Below are positions 23,150 through 35,900 of a stretch of 64,000 nucleotides of DNA, piece by piece (position 1 is the stretch's first letter; every line of letters begins with the position of its first letter). This stretch comes from Selaginella moellendorffii (Eukaryota > Plantae > Lycopodiophyta). The notes under the pieces were generated by a model. That model was not told the DNA's origin, ran no database searches, and was given only the letters and a program-made list of their open reading frames with translations. Location: the NCBI RefSeq assembly GCF_000143415.4, contig NW_003314273.1:437526-501525 (forward strand). Direction: 5' to 3'. The translations under genes were made by a program, and so were the position numbers.

Positions 23150-24435
23150 CTTATGGGCAAATCCTCAAGGAACCAAGGAACCAACTTAAGCTTAGCATAA
23201 TGGACCACCATCGAGAATCCAGTCAAAGCTACTACAATGCTACTTCGTGCAAGTAGACTAGCTTCACCATCAACCACTTTGGGGTTGATCATCATTTAAC
23301 CAAGCAACTTCGTAAACACATCGCTCATTATCACATGGATATGATATAAGTATCACAATGATTTGATCATAAATTGAGTAACATAATGAGCAATGCCAAT
23401 GTCATTACTACAAAAGTTTATGTGAGTATCAAGTGTCAACTCGATTCGACAAAATGTAACATAAATGCCACACTCCACTGATAGCGATTTACAACACCTA
23501 AGACCACTAACTTTTGTTCACAACACAGACAAGCTCATGCCACTCTCTTTCCGACCAAACTCAAAACTAATCCAACACCAAGCTACTCAAGGAGCAATAG
23601 CAAGGTTCCCCAAAAAAGAATTGAGCATTGCAACCCAAGTCTTCTAATAGTAAGCCTAGACAAAATGGTTTACCACTTCATTGCTATCCATCCCATGACT
23701 CACCATTTACAAGACCATCATTTCCAACATGCATCAAGGTAGGGGCTCTTGATTGCATGATGTGAACACGGGCAATGGGTCACACCTCATTGCGAATCAT
23801 CTCTTCAAGAAGAGAACATGATTTACGTGTTTGATCCTTCGTCCTTAATGACTCTCCTTTCGGTCTCATCTTTGACTACACCTCAAGCTTGCTTTCACAC
23901 TGCCTTCAGTCCAATCCAAGAGAAGTTTATGAGAGAACACGGCAATGACTACTTGAACCAATAGACTAATCCCTACAGTCTTGATTGATCCACTTGTAAC
24001 CATGCCTAAGAAGGATCCATTAGTGCCATGCTAAACAACTACGGATTAGCATATTTTCCACTCATAGCAAACCTAGGGAAGGTTTGCTTTTACCCACGGT
24101 ACATGGAACAACTCATAGAACCATTGGAACAACCCATGGAACGACCGATAGGCTAACATTAATCCTGCCAACTCAAAACGTAACCTTGAGTTGCTAATAT
24201 GCCTCACACACGAGCCCAAGCATAAACTCGTGCTAACGGAGCATCTCAAATCCATCCTATGAGCCCAAGAGCAAGCTCACATTATTAGGTACAAAAGATA
24301 ACCAAAACCATACCCAAGGAACGAATGTGAACCCTTTGCACCAAACGTGTACCCACTCGGATCATCGTTTTCATCTCTGCGTATGCAACAAGACTAGTTG
24401 CCCAATCTCATTGAATAGTACTCGTTGAGATTCAT

Positions 24436-24447
24436 CCTCTGATACCA
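24436..24447 (-). promoter_or_regulatory. Primer-binding site (tRNA-iMet) of element B
   Basis: cctctgatacca, 2 nt from the LTR terminus at 24450. Confidence 0.9.
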
Positions 24448-25273
24448 AATGTAGCGCACGTGATTTTGACCCTTTATCCTATGGTGATTTACCATAGGAT
24501 AACACCACGAAGCGGAACCTAAACCCTCTTTGTGCCACGTGACAGATGCCACATGTCACATGCCACGTGTCCATAGGAACCCGAGGTTCAGCGCCTTGGG
24601 GAAGGAATGGTGCCAAACTCCCAAGCGTGGAGCCAAGGAATGATGGAACCGAACCACGGAGCAACTCCTGAGCATAAAGCCCAAGGAGCCCCCCCCCTTC
24701 AGGAACACACGCTTTGGGCTTTCACCCCAAGCCTCCCTTAGTATTAGGAGTTAGTCTCTAGGACAAACTTGAAATTTACTAAATATGGAATGTCCCTAGA
24801 TTGTGAATTTGGACATGGGACAAACACCATTGTGTTCAAACCGATCTCTACATTCCGTAGATATGCCAAATGAGCAAATCTGGACACTTTCCATAAATAG
24901 CATTTGGGACCGAAATGAGACTAACACAAAGGGCATGATAGTGAAGGTGTTTAGCAGACACGGTAAGCTATCATCTAGCGATATTGAGGGACCAATCTCA
25001 ATATCGCGGGGGTTCCCAAAACTAGCAAGTGAAAATCAACGAATGAGTTTCTCTAACCAGGTCAAGTATGCTTGACAAATAGCATGTAGGAATTCCGTCC
25101 TTATGCCCATCTGGTCAAGTGCACATGCGAAGACCAGTTTCTCAACTAGCTTAGGCAGAGACTGATAACGGGCCTAGCAATACCGACCTCATACCATCGT
25201 AGCAGTAAGGTAAGAGTGTCCGTAAGGACTAGACGACAGGTAACTTTCGATACCCGAAGTCACATTCGCGACA

Positions 25274-25690
25274 ACAACTATGGATGGAAAGGGATTAGAT
25301 AGAGACTGAAAAAGGGATATTAAAGAAGGGTGTTTTCTATGTCTTTAGGCATCCTAAGGATGCTAAAATGTGGTCATAAGATGACCACTCATTGACAGAT
25401 GGCCCAATCTTTGGGAGACAACATTGTGGTATAGGTGGTCCTAGGCTACCAATTAAATAAAGATGAATGGATATAGCCTTAGTATAATAGGATGATATGT
25501 TATTGGTATCTTTAGGTGTTTATCGTGGGATTGGACATTTGGAGCATTTGGACCAAGTGCAAAAGTTGAGTGGCATACAAGTCATTCATAAGGCTAGCAA
25601 GTCCTTAAGATGGGAATAAAATTTATAAAAATGGTGAGTGAAACTCCTCCAAATGGTCAAATGTATGGTTAAATGATTTAGTTGCTTACG
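25274..25690 (+). mobile_element. Remainder of an old inverted A-family LTR (other pieces at 9528-9546 and 17315-17603)
   Basis: Reverse-complement similarity to 9547-10270 (ggcatcctaaggatgcta, gtga.actcctccaa.tggt, terminus ttgcttacg). Confidence 0.8.
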
Positions 25691-28690
25691 TAAGGAGGAT
25701 GTTCTAAATATTACTTTCTATAACCCATTTAATTTATATGAATTTTTTATGATGCTGTATAGATTGAATAATTCTTTAGAGACTTTTTGGATGATATTAT
25801 TTACAATATGTTAAAGGTGACTATTAATTTCATTGATAATATCTTGATCCACTTTAAGGGGACATAGGAGGAACACATTTGTGATGTTTGTAAAACATTG
25901 GGATCAGCTATAGGAAGTTAATTTGACATTGATACGGTTAAAATGCATATATCTTGAGTATTATATTTTTCATGAAAATTTACAAATTGATTCTGACAAA
26001 CTTGTGGATATTATGAAGTTCTCTACTCCAAAGTGCGTGAACAATATGCAACACTTTCATAGCAAGGTGTAATATCTTTTTCATGTTATTGTCTTTTTTA
26101 TCATTGCAAGCATTAATGAAGTTGTTCATACTATTTTTCATCTAATTTGGGATTGTGAATAGACATTCATAGATCTTAAAGATGTGTTGACAATTTTTCT
26201 AGTTTTTGAGTATTTTAACTACACTCAACCTTTTGTAAATGCTTTTGACATTATCTCAAAGGTGTGTTGTTGCAAAAGAGTATGATTGTGTTTGGTTAAT
26301 ATAATTCTATTGTGTATATTAGTCATATGTTGCAACTAATGGAGGTGAACTACTCCATGAAAACAAAACTTTCAAAAAGATTTATGCGTATTTGCATAGT
26401 TTTTAGACATTGTTAAAAGGTGATTAAATTGCAATCTTTTCATTATTAAAGTGGAAGAATTTTGCTAGTGTAATGCATGTGATCATGGGATGAAATTTGG
26501 ATATATTGTTATTGTGGATTCTTGGAACTTTCAGGAATAAATAAGGATAAAATAGCCACTAAAGGTTCTCTCATCCTTTTCCAGTTGGTTTAAGGGGAGA
26601 AAGATAGTGTGGTATCAAAGCAAATGGCACGGGTTCAAATCTTATTAATTAGTGGTTACTTAAAAATATAATATACCCTTAAGCAACATATATTCCTATT
26701 CCTAAATTTGAAATCGTACGTATTGGGCATCCATGCGTACATCCTTCCTCTTAGTAGAGTATCCACGAACGAAGGTATCCACTGTGGGACTGCGGTATGA
26801 ATGGATGACTAGTTGCCTTACATGGAATGGCTGGTTTACACAATGAAAGGATTGGTAAATTCAATATGGAAATAGAAGTGTTGCTAATTCAATATGGAAA
26901 TAGCATGATCTAACATTGCTAATAAAGTTGAGTTTACTTTTACGATTGCTATAAGTTGATAATATTAGGACCTGGGATTAATATTTGATGACCATTCTTG
27001 CACTACTTGGAGCAAAGTTTGTTAAACACTTCTGCCACATATAAATGAGATAATAGTAATGTTATGTGGAGTATAAAGTTGTCACGAATGTGACTTTGGG
27101 TATCGAAAGTTACTTGTCGGCTAATCCTTACGGACACAATTTCCTTACTACCACGATAGCAGGAGGTCAGTATTGTTGGACCCGTTATCAGTTCCCACTT
27201 GGGCTAGTTGAGTATGATCAGCAAAAAACACATAGGGGTTCCTACTTTATATTTATCCAATCTAAGTGCATGGTTATTGACCAATTTTGGCCTAGTTTGA
27301 GAAACTTGTGTCATTGGCTTGTACTTGCTAGTATTAAGAACCTACAAAATATTGAGCTTGGTCCCTCAATATTGCTAGATGATAGCTTATCATGTCTGCC
27401 AAACACCCTTGCTATCATACCTTTTGTGTTAGTCTCATTTTGGTCTCAAATGCTATTTATAGAAAGTGTCTAAATTTACTTATTTGGCATATCTACGGAA
27501 TGTAAAGATTCTCATGAACACAATGATATTCGTCTCGTATCCAAATTTGCAATCTAAAAACATTCCATATTTAGTAAATTTCAAGCTTGTTCTATAGACT
27601 AACTTTTGGTACTAAGGGAGGCTTGGGGTGAAAGCCCAAAGCATGTGTTCCTCAAAGGGGGGGAGGGAGGTTATGGGGAGTTCTAAATGTATAGTAGGGA
27701 TAATGGGTAGGTTGTACATAGCCGATCAACCTGAGGCATAGTTTAACTCTTACTTACATGCTTGTTTTTGTTTTGCATTTGGCTTAGGTCTAATCCCAAG
27801 TTCCACACCATATTAGCTGGTGAAGTACCCATGTCTTTATGTTAGGCCACCGGTATTCCAAAATAGCACTAGACTTCGTTTGGCTCCGTTTTGCATGCTA
27901 ATCCTGTCATTAGGATGTTGGTTGCTCTATGACTGTTTCAAGTCACTCTAGGCTCCTGTCCCTTCACTCCTTTGGCTATATGCTTGGGAGTTGCTTTGTG
28001 GTCCAGTTCCGTCACTTAGCTCCATGCTTGGTAGTTTGGGATTTGTTCCTTCGTTTAGTGGCCCAAGGCCTTGAACCTCAGGTTCCACACCACTGTCCTT
28101 TGGACACGTGGCATGTGACACATGGCATATGACACATGGCACATGGAGGGTTTAGGTTCCGCTTCATAGTGTTATCTTATGGTAAATCACCATAGGATAG
28201 GAGGTAAAAACCAAGTGCACTACAAAAGTGGATGATTGGTATTTGTTTATTTTCCCAATTTTATAGTGTATAATTTACCTAATAGGCTCTTTGCTTAGTA
28301 GAAAGGGTTGTATCAAGTGTTGTGGCAAGTTAGATTCCAAATTTATGATCATCACCAATTTATGTCATCATTGTGGTGAACTTGGATAACTAAGGATATA
28401 TCACATTTTCACAAGTGTTTATCATCCTCAGATGAATGATTTGGTGAAATAGCTGATTGGACCTTTAAAAGGATAATCACAATGTATAAGAATTTTTAAT
28501 ATTGAGATTAGGATTGTTATTTTTCATGTCTTCAATATGTGTATATCATAGGGGTATAGGGTGTTTTACCATATAAAGTATTATATATGGTCATGATCTA
28601 ACATTACCAATAGAGTTGAGTTTACTTTTACAATTGCTATGAGTTGCTAGGACCTGGGATTAATATTTGATTACCATTTTTGCACTACTG
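25691..28690 (+). pseudogene. Ancient Ty3/gypsy pol relic (RT, RNase H, integrase), interrupted by insertions; copy at about 48823-51790
   Basis: Manual translation gives EDVLNITFYNPFNLYEFFMMLYRLNNS..FIDNILIH..EEH (RT-like), IVYISHML..EVNYS (RNase H-like) and TSVYHPQMNDLV (integrase-like, about 28411-28446). Confidence 0.7.
27080..28224 (+). mobile_element. Solo LTR, diverged B-family
   Basis: TGTCAC...CTACA with TSD AAAGT at 27075-27079 and 28225-28229. Reverse complement of the B LTR. An empty-site paralog lies at 28981-28985. Confidence 0.9.
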
Positions 28691-28886
28691 TAAACTTTTG
28701 AATCTGGACTTTTCGGGAGGTCACCACCCAACTCAATATTATTCAAACCCAAGGACACTTAACCCCAAATATCCCAAGACCCTTAATTGATTGGAAAAGG
28801 GGGTGCACTCTTTTTCATGGGCCTTTTCTTTTTATATTTGAACCCCTATGGATCATCTCTCATGTCGTTCTTTTTGGTTATTTATA
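28689..28886 (-). mobile_element. 198-bp solo LTR carrying 5S rRNA-derived sequence (Cassandra-like TRIM LTR)
   Basis: TSD ACTAC (28684-28688, 28887-28891); empty paralogous site at 27002-27006. 28706-28763 resembles the reverse complement of the 3' half of plant 5S rRNA (GGACTT..GGAGGTCACC..CCCAAG.AC.CTTAAC). Confidence 0.7.
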
Positions 28887-29521
28887 ACTACTTGGAGCGA
28901 AGTTTGTTAAACATTTCTAGTGCATATAAATGAGACAATAGCAATGTTATAATTCTCATTATTATCCATATCTAGAGTATAAAGTGGATGATTGGTATTT
29001 GTTTATTTTTCCAAATTTATAGTATATAATTTACCTAAAGGGCTCTTTGCTTAGTAGAAAGGATTGTATCAAGTGTTATGGCAAGTTAGATTCCAAATTT
29101 ATGATCATCACCAATTTATGTCATCATTGTGGTGAACTTGGATATTATAAAACTGATTATTCACAATTGAAGAATAAGTAATAAAGAAAAAAGAATAGTT
29201 AATCTTTTATTAGCATTAAGTTGAATATTAAAAATTTGCAAAATTTGCAAAGTAAAGATGACAAAAAAGACTATTCTGATTAAAGGAAGAAACTTTTAAT
29301 CACTATTTGATAACTCAACTATATGTAGAATAATTAAAGGAACCTCAAGAGAAGGCATAACATAGTTTATGCAAGGTTAAACATCTTTGTCTTTGTTATT
29401 TAGTGCTGGGTCATAATAGTGTATTATTTGAAGTTGTTGAAGTTGGGAAGCTAGACAACTTGCATCCCTCATAAAGCATTGTTTGTAATACATAGAAATA
29501 CTGTTCTTCTTTATTCAAAAT

Positions 29522-30260
29522 TCAAGATTGCTTCTTTAGTGGGATATGGCTGAAATCAAATATCTTCTTGAGACTGAAAATAAGTTTCTCTGCATCTTGA
29601 TCTCCATCTGATGACGATTCTTCCACCATATAAGCAACAACATCATCCCTAATATTGTCCTTGAACTCCACATGCTCTCCATCACTAAAAACAGCTTCTC
29701 CTCCTTCCTCTGAACCACCTGAGCTTGACGATGAACTCAGAATGGACTCATAGGATGTTGTATCTAAAAAAGAACAAATAAAAAGTTTTGTGTCTGCTAA
29801 ATTCAATGTCATACAACAGTTTCAAAAAGCAAATTGGTGGCAGAAGTATGTGTGCTTGGTAACAAGATGCAGCTCAACAGCAAACATGACCAAAATTTAC
29901 TTGCATTTTCCTACATGACGTAAAGCATAAGCTTTAAGGAGAATGATAGAGAGCACTTACCTTGTGAATTCAATGCTCTTGAAGTTTTGTCATGTCAGGA
30001 AGTTTCCATGTTAAGAATGGCACATCTAGGGTAAGCATCTAAACATTCACCAACAAAGAAAGCACATAAAGACTGTACTTACTATAGCTACCATCTCGTT
30101 TCTTTGTTTTCTTCTGGAAAGTTTACTGAGGTCAGATGGTATCCGGTAGCTGGTTTGATCAGCACTCTCAAGCTGGAAGCATTAGAAACCTGCTCCAGGG
30201 ACTTGTTCCAGACTCAAGTCTAGATATTGAGAGATGAGAATGTGTAAATGGGATGCAGCC
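29522..30260 (-). pseudogene. Multi-exon gene relic with Ser/acidic last exon (exons about 30083+, 30025-29961, 29910-29901, 29763-29522); copy at about 52623-53370
   Basis: Minus-strand GTAAGT/GTAAAT donors and pyrimidine-rich AG acceptors. The last three exons join in one frame, but with an internal TGA. Confidence 0.45.
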
Positions 30261-30400
30261 TGTAAGCTGGTTCAGCGTGCCTGAGTTTCAAGAGCCAGGG
30301 CGCTGCCTAAGTCACTGCCGAGAAATGTAAACGAACGCATTAAAGTGAAATACATTTAGTAAGGGTTAGGGCATTAAAGGCATTTTGCAAAGGGCAAGCT

Positions 30401-32146
30401 ATGGCGCGAACAGAGCAGGAGCGCAGTGGATGCGTCACAGGTTTGTGGTCTCTCTTTCGACCAAAAAAGGCGCACAAGGGCGACAACAAGGTCCACCCGG
30501 AAGCCATGGACGCGGCGGCCTCGAAGCTGAAGGTCCAAGATCGTGTCTGTGAGGCCGTCTCGGGAGAAGCCATGGACGCCGCCGCCTTGAAGTTGAAGGA
30601 ACTCAGGCGCGAGGTGAAAATCGTCTTAGAAGCGATACGACAGGAGCGAGGGCACAAGGAGCCGATCAAGCCGATCAAGCCGGAACAAGAGAAGGAGGAC
30701 GAAGAGGAGAATCAAGAGAAGAAAGCGGAGCAGCTGAAGGAAGAGAAGAAAGCCGAGCAGGTGAACGAGGAGGAGAAAGAAGCCGATCAGATGAAGCCGA
30801 TGAAGCTGGAAGAAGAGGAGGAAAAGGAAGCCGAGAAGCAGCTGAAGGAGGAGGAGCAAGAGAAGAAAGCTGAGCAGCTGAGCGAGGAGGAGCAGGAGAA
30901 AGAAGCCCATGAGACGAAGGAACTCAGGCGCGAGGTGAAACAGGAGCAAGGTCACAAGGAGCAGCCGCAGCTGGAACGAGAGGAGAAGAATCAGCCGAAT
31001 CAGCCGATCAAGCTGATCAAGCCGATGAAGCAAGAGCAGGAACAGGAGGAGGAGCAGCGGATGAAGCCGATGAAGCAGCAGCTGGAACAAGAGGAGGAGC
31101 AGATGATCAAGCCGATCAAGCAGCAGCTGGAACAAGAGGAGGAGCAGATGATCAAGCCGATCAAGCAGCCTCTGGAACGGGAAGACGATCAAGAGAAGAT
31201 GAAGCAGCAGGAGAATGACAAGCCCAAGCAGGAGGAGCAGCGACCCAAGCCAATTCTACTGCCAGCCGGGGGTCGTCGTCCAGGTATGGTTCCTTTTGCT
31301 TCTCGCATTCTTCTTCTACTGTGACTCACGATGGCCTTCTGGACTTGCAGGTTCCAGGCCGAAGATGGTTCGCTTCTCTTCCTCAGCGGAGGACATTCTT
31401 CCCGACAGCACCCGACGGCGGAGTGAAACCCATCTCAGCGATGGCCGACGGGGCTATGTTGAGTTCGCGTATCTCGAAGCTTTCCACAAGGCAAACCGGT
31501 GGCTAAACCAGAGGGGAAAAACCGAGAAGAAGATCTGCAGCTTGGAAGAGGAAAAGCGCGAGGAAACAGAAGAGGAGAAGCACGAGGAAAAGTCTTGGAG
31601 TGTTAGCGCGCTCCGGATTCTGATCAGACTCACCGAGCAGCTTTACGAGGAGCTCAACGGCAAATCCAGCGACCGAGAGAGGATCAAGCGAGCGCGGAAG
31701 ATGATGAGGCTCCAGAAAATGCTGGATAGGATCCCGAGTGAGAGGAAACCGTGGAAGAAGCTTCAGTCCGGCGAGGTGGTCTTCGTGAAGGAGGCAAAAG
31801 AACTATATGATCGTGTGGGGAGAGATTTTGTTGCCGAATTCAAGAGGAGACAGGTAAGTTTGATATACCTTCCAGATTCCAGATGGCCGTTTGCTAATAA
31901 CTTCCGTGTTTGTTGTAGAGAGCTGAAGTGAACGATGAGTGTTTGTTTTGTCGGAACCATGATGGCGAGAAGATGATCGGCCGGGCTGGAGCGAACTCTA
32001 AGACGACTAGACCCTGGGTTTACCTGAGAAGAGAACACGAGCAAACTGTTCTAAGCACGTCGAAGAAACGAGAAATGAAGTTGGCTCCGAGCTCGAGAAG
32101 TTGGCTGCAAGGATTGGTCAACTGGAGGCCAGTGCTCGGACTCTAG
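30401..32146 (+). CDS. Three-exon gene for a Glu/Gln/Lys-rich repetitive coiled-coil protein of unknown function (about 537 aa); exons 30401-31283, 31351-31853, 31919-32146
   Basis: Three staggered ORFs are joined in frame by GT-AG introns of 67 nt (CAG|GTATGG...TTGCAG) and 65 nt (CAG|GTAAGT...TTGTAG). GC-rich and CpG-retaining, unlike the TE nest. Confidence 0.7.
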
Positions 32147-34600
32147 CATCGGAGAAGCCAACTCTCAAGAGTCAAATCCAGAAGTTGGATCTCCAAGCAA
32201 GTTGAGCAGCACAGGAGGAGGCCACTAAAGCTATAGACCAGTTAAGTCGAGAGAAGATCGACCTTCTCGAGGACTCGACTCCAAAGATTTGGAACTGTCC
32301 AAGACGTGAAAGTAGTGCGTGACAACCGTGTCTCAGGGCTCCAGGCGGAGAAGTCCATCACACTTCAGGCGTCTAAACAGGCCAGCGACCAGCCTCCACA
32401 CTCTTCTAAGTCAAGAGAAGATCAATGGATCAAGTTTGACTACACTCTACAGTGTCTGGAGCAAGGAGGGATCTATCTTATCAGCTTTCCAGTCGACGGA
32501 GATGAGACAGGAGATACTGCTGCGGTATAATGTTCACAGCTTGAGGGAATAGTAGCAAGGGAACGACTGCAACGAGATGGTGATAGCGAGAATATGATAT
32601 AGCTGAAGCTGCTCGTGACGGTGGGGGTATTCGGATTCACAGAGAGGGCTGCAGAGACTATAAGACAGACTACACTCGACGTTCTCTGTCATCCGGTAGA
32701 GCTCTCTAGTTGACGGAGACTTTGAAAACGGGTCAGGGCTGTCCAGGAATGCTCGTACAGCTGCTCGGATGAAAGTATCAGCAAAGAACTCAGTGTCAGA
32801 TTGCTTCAAGGGAAATCAAATCCAAAAGTTGGAGCGGGAAAACTCGGAGCTGTGGCCAAATATCCAAGCAAGTCGAGCACCACAGTAGCAGGTCACTAAA
32901 GCGTCAAGTCTGAGCTAAAGACCAGTCTCCACACTCTAAGTCGAGGGAAGATCAACGACTGGAATTGAAAGTTTCGGAAGATGGTGGCCGAGATGGAGAG
33001 TCCAAAGCGGCGGTTGACGAGGCTCCAGGCGGAGCAGTCGGCTGGAAGTGCAGCAGAGTCCATCAAACTTCGGCATCTAAACAGGCTAGCCCGCCTCCAC
33101 ACTCTTCTAAGTCAAGAGAAGATCAATGGATCAAGTTGGGCTACACTCTACAGTGTCTGGAGCAAGGAGGGATCTATCTTATCGGCTTTCCAGTGGACGG
33201 AGATGATTCAGGAGCGCCTGCTGCGGTAAGGCTGTCCATGATAGTAGCGAGGAACGACGTAAACCAGTGTCAGATGGCTGCAAGATGGCGAGAAGACGAT
33301 ATAGCTGAAGCTGCTCGTGACTGGGGTTTCGGATGGCTGCAGAGACTATAAGACAGACTACGCTAGACGTTCTCTGTCATCTGGTGGAATGAGGGAAGTG
33401 TTCGGACAGGAGTTCTTGAAGGAGAAGCCCCAGGGGATAATGGCTGACGGAGTCGAATCCGCTGCACGAGGTGGAGCTCTCGGCGAGAGCACGTGATGGC
33501 AGAGTTTGGAAGCGCAAAGGCGAGGCTGGAGAAGCAAGTAACTGGCAGCTGATAGAGAGGATCACGGGACTCGAGGCGCTGGAGGAGAGAGAGACGTGCC
33601 AGATGCAAAGCAAAGCTTTGGGCGAGGAGCTCTGAAGGATGAAGAAGACAAGCCGAGGAGAACCGATGTGAGAGCAGAGGTTTGACGGATCAGATGGACG
33701 CTACATGCGACAAGAAGGAGCATCTGGCTTCGCAGGAAGCTGTGTTTTTGCATACTTCCGCTCAAGCTTCTCAGCACGATCAAGGCCTGAAGTGGCGGAA
33801 GCATTTTCTAACTGCCAGAGGTTCTAAGCACGTCAAAGAAACGAGAATGGAAGTTCAAGAAGTAACCAGCTCTCGAGAGTCAAATACAGAACAGAGGTGC
33901 AAGCCAAGTACTGACAGCTCGAGCAGCGCAGGGAAGCAGTAGCAAGCCTCCAAAGCGCTAGAGACCAGTCTCCACACTTCTAAGTCAAGAGAAGATCAAC
34001 CTCTTCGAGGAGATATCCTCCCTCGACTCCAAAGTTTCGGAGATATCTTGATCAATCGGGAGATAGCAGATAATTTTGTCAAGATCTGGGCTTCTCAAGC
34101 GGAGCTCGCTGAGACGGTGCCCGAGATCGGAGCAGTCAGCCAGCCGAGTGGAGAAGAGTCCATCAAACGTTGGCGTGAGAACAGCGAGGTGAAGGAGAAG
34201 ATGAGATGCCAAGACGGATCAAAGACAAAGCTCTCTAGTTGACGGAAACGGGACGAGAGCTTCAATGCTGTCCAGGATCACTCTTACAGGTGCTTGGATG
34301 ATAGAAGATGATGATGGCAAGATGATCTCAAACTCGAAGAAACTGCTTGTGGCGGCGGAGCCAGAGGTTCGGCTTCACAAAGACTGAAAAACGGCTGATG
34401 TTCGCCCCTGACATGCGGAGACTACAAGAGCTGGAGCAAACTCTAAGACGAAGCAACAGTCATAAAGACAGAAGATCGGACAAGTTTCATGGAACGTGGA
34501 AGCTGGTGCAAAGCGATTCAGAGGTTCAATGGCCACCTTTACAATCGAGAAATGTGGACTGAGGGTACGTAGAGTCATTCGTTTTTTCCTCTTCCATTCA
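32147..34600 (+). pseudogene. Fragmented, internally triplicated coding relic (coiled-coil pieces plus segments reminiscent of the plant BTB/POZ At3g05675-like C-terminus); copy at about 55199-57650
   Basis: The block ctccacact(ct)tctaagtcaagagaagatcaa recurs at about 32395, 33095 and 33970. Peptides ILINREIADNFVKIWASQAELA and GFGWLQRL. Many frameshifts; family assignment is from memory only. Confidence 0.4.
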
Positions 34601-35289
34601 TTTCATCCGTGTTGTTAAACAGAAGAAGCAAGCTGCAGCGACACACAAATTGTGATGGTAGCTCCTTTAGTATCAGCAACAAATCCTGGTGGAATATCTT
34701 CTGAGCTCCAACTTGGTCCAGATCGTTGGAGGCCGTCTCTTCGAGACTAAATAAATAAAACATCTCAGAGACTACGCTAAGGAGCTGCTTATTCTGGCCA
34801 ACTTGTGAGTAAATAACCTTGAGAGATTATGTTTCTTTTCTATTTGGAAAATAGTCTGACTGCCAACTTGGTCCAGATCATAGGAGGCCGCCAGAAGAAT
34901 ATGTAAATGAGGGTGGAGCAGGACTTGAAGCAGCGAAAGATAAAACCAGCGTCAGAGATCATAAGAATCGAGCAAGTGGGAATGGAAAACTGTAAGATGA
35001 TTTTAAAACTTGGAGAGAAAGGGAGCAGGCTGAAACAGCTAAGATTGAGCAGCTTAAAGACGAAAAATTTCTTAAACCAAGCAGGGGCAGCAGCTTCAAA
35101 AAGAAAAATGGAAGCAGCTAAAGAGCAGTGAGCAGTGGAATAGTTCAGACTCGTGATAGTTTTTTTCATATCATTTTCTTTGATTTAGCTGTAAAAAGGA
35201 TGATTTAATGTTCAAATTTATAATGTTTGAATCTCTGAAAGGTCCGAGATCCGATTTTGATCCTAGCAACAAGATGATACCTAGAGCAC

Positions 35290-35900
35290 GCTAGGGCTTG
35301 GCGGCGCGGCCGCTTGGCAAGGCATCCCCCGAAAAACTCGTGAACTTTACCATGTAGGCCGAGTATTTGCAATCTGTAGACTTGTCTCTAACATCGTGGA
35401 TCTTCTTGTACGTTTGCAAGGATTCCTGATCAGTTTGTCCCCGTGATTAGAAAATGGAAAAACAAATCCAGCTCAGGAAAATAAGATCTTACATAGTTTG
35501 CTCCAGAGGCATTACCATCACATAGCATGTAAATTTGAACCGACCCGACCAAATGAACGATCTTCAATCCACTGGGAGTTTAGCAACTCCACCTGTGAAA
35601 TAAAAAGAACGAAACAAGAAAAAACAATGATGAGAGTCATACTATTAACAAGAACCTCCAGTGGTTCTGGGAAAAAGCAAAATCACATGAGACTAGAAGA
35701 ATTCCAAAGCCTTTGAAGACGTGCACGTTGATAAAGGACGCTTTGCCTTAAATCTCCTGCTGGACTGTGGGGTAACGATGGTGATAGCGAAGGTGTTCGA
35801 CTTTCTAGGCACCCAGGCACACGACACCACGACACCACGTTAGAGCAAGAACTCAGGAGCTAATATGTACGCACCTCCAGTTGTTCCATATGGTATAAAG
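35290..35900 (-). pseudogene. Spliced gene relic of unknown family; copy at about 58240-58830
   Basis: Strong minus-strand acceptor (ttctttttatttcacag) at about 35593, followed by protein-like frames (YVRSYFPELDLFF...DCKYSAYMVKF). Frameshifted; 5-bp indel between the copies. Confidence 0.35.

Larger units (their letters stand above)
17604..25273 (-). mobile_element. LTR retrotransposon B (degenerate interior; chromovirus-like 3' end) with nested insertions
   Basis: TSD ACAAC at 17599-17603 and 25274-25278. LTRs are 17604-18245 (truncated by the insert) and 24450-25273 (internally deleted). PBS TGGTATCAGAGG on minus at 24436-24447. An intact LTR plus PPT is seen in unit 2. Confidence 0.9.

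Noticed and set aside
28706-28763. Functional 5S rRNA gene
   Set aside because: Partial, diverged and enclosed in a TSD-flanked 198-bp insertion.
30626-31192. Minus-strand Leu-rich ORF (also 53723-54244)
   Set aside because: Antisense shadow of the GAG/CAG/AAG-rich coding strand.
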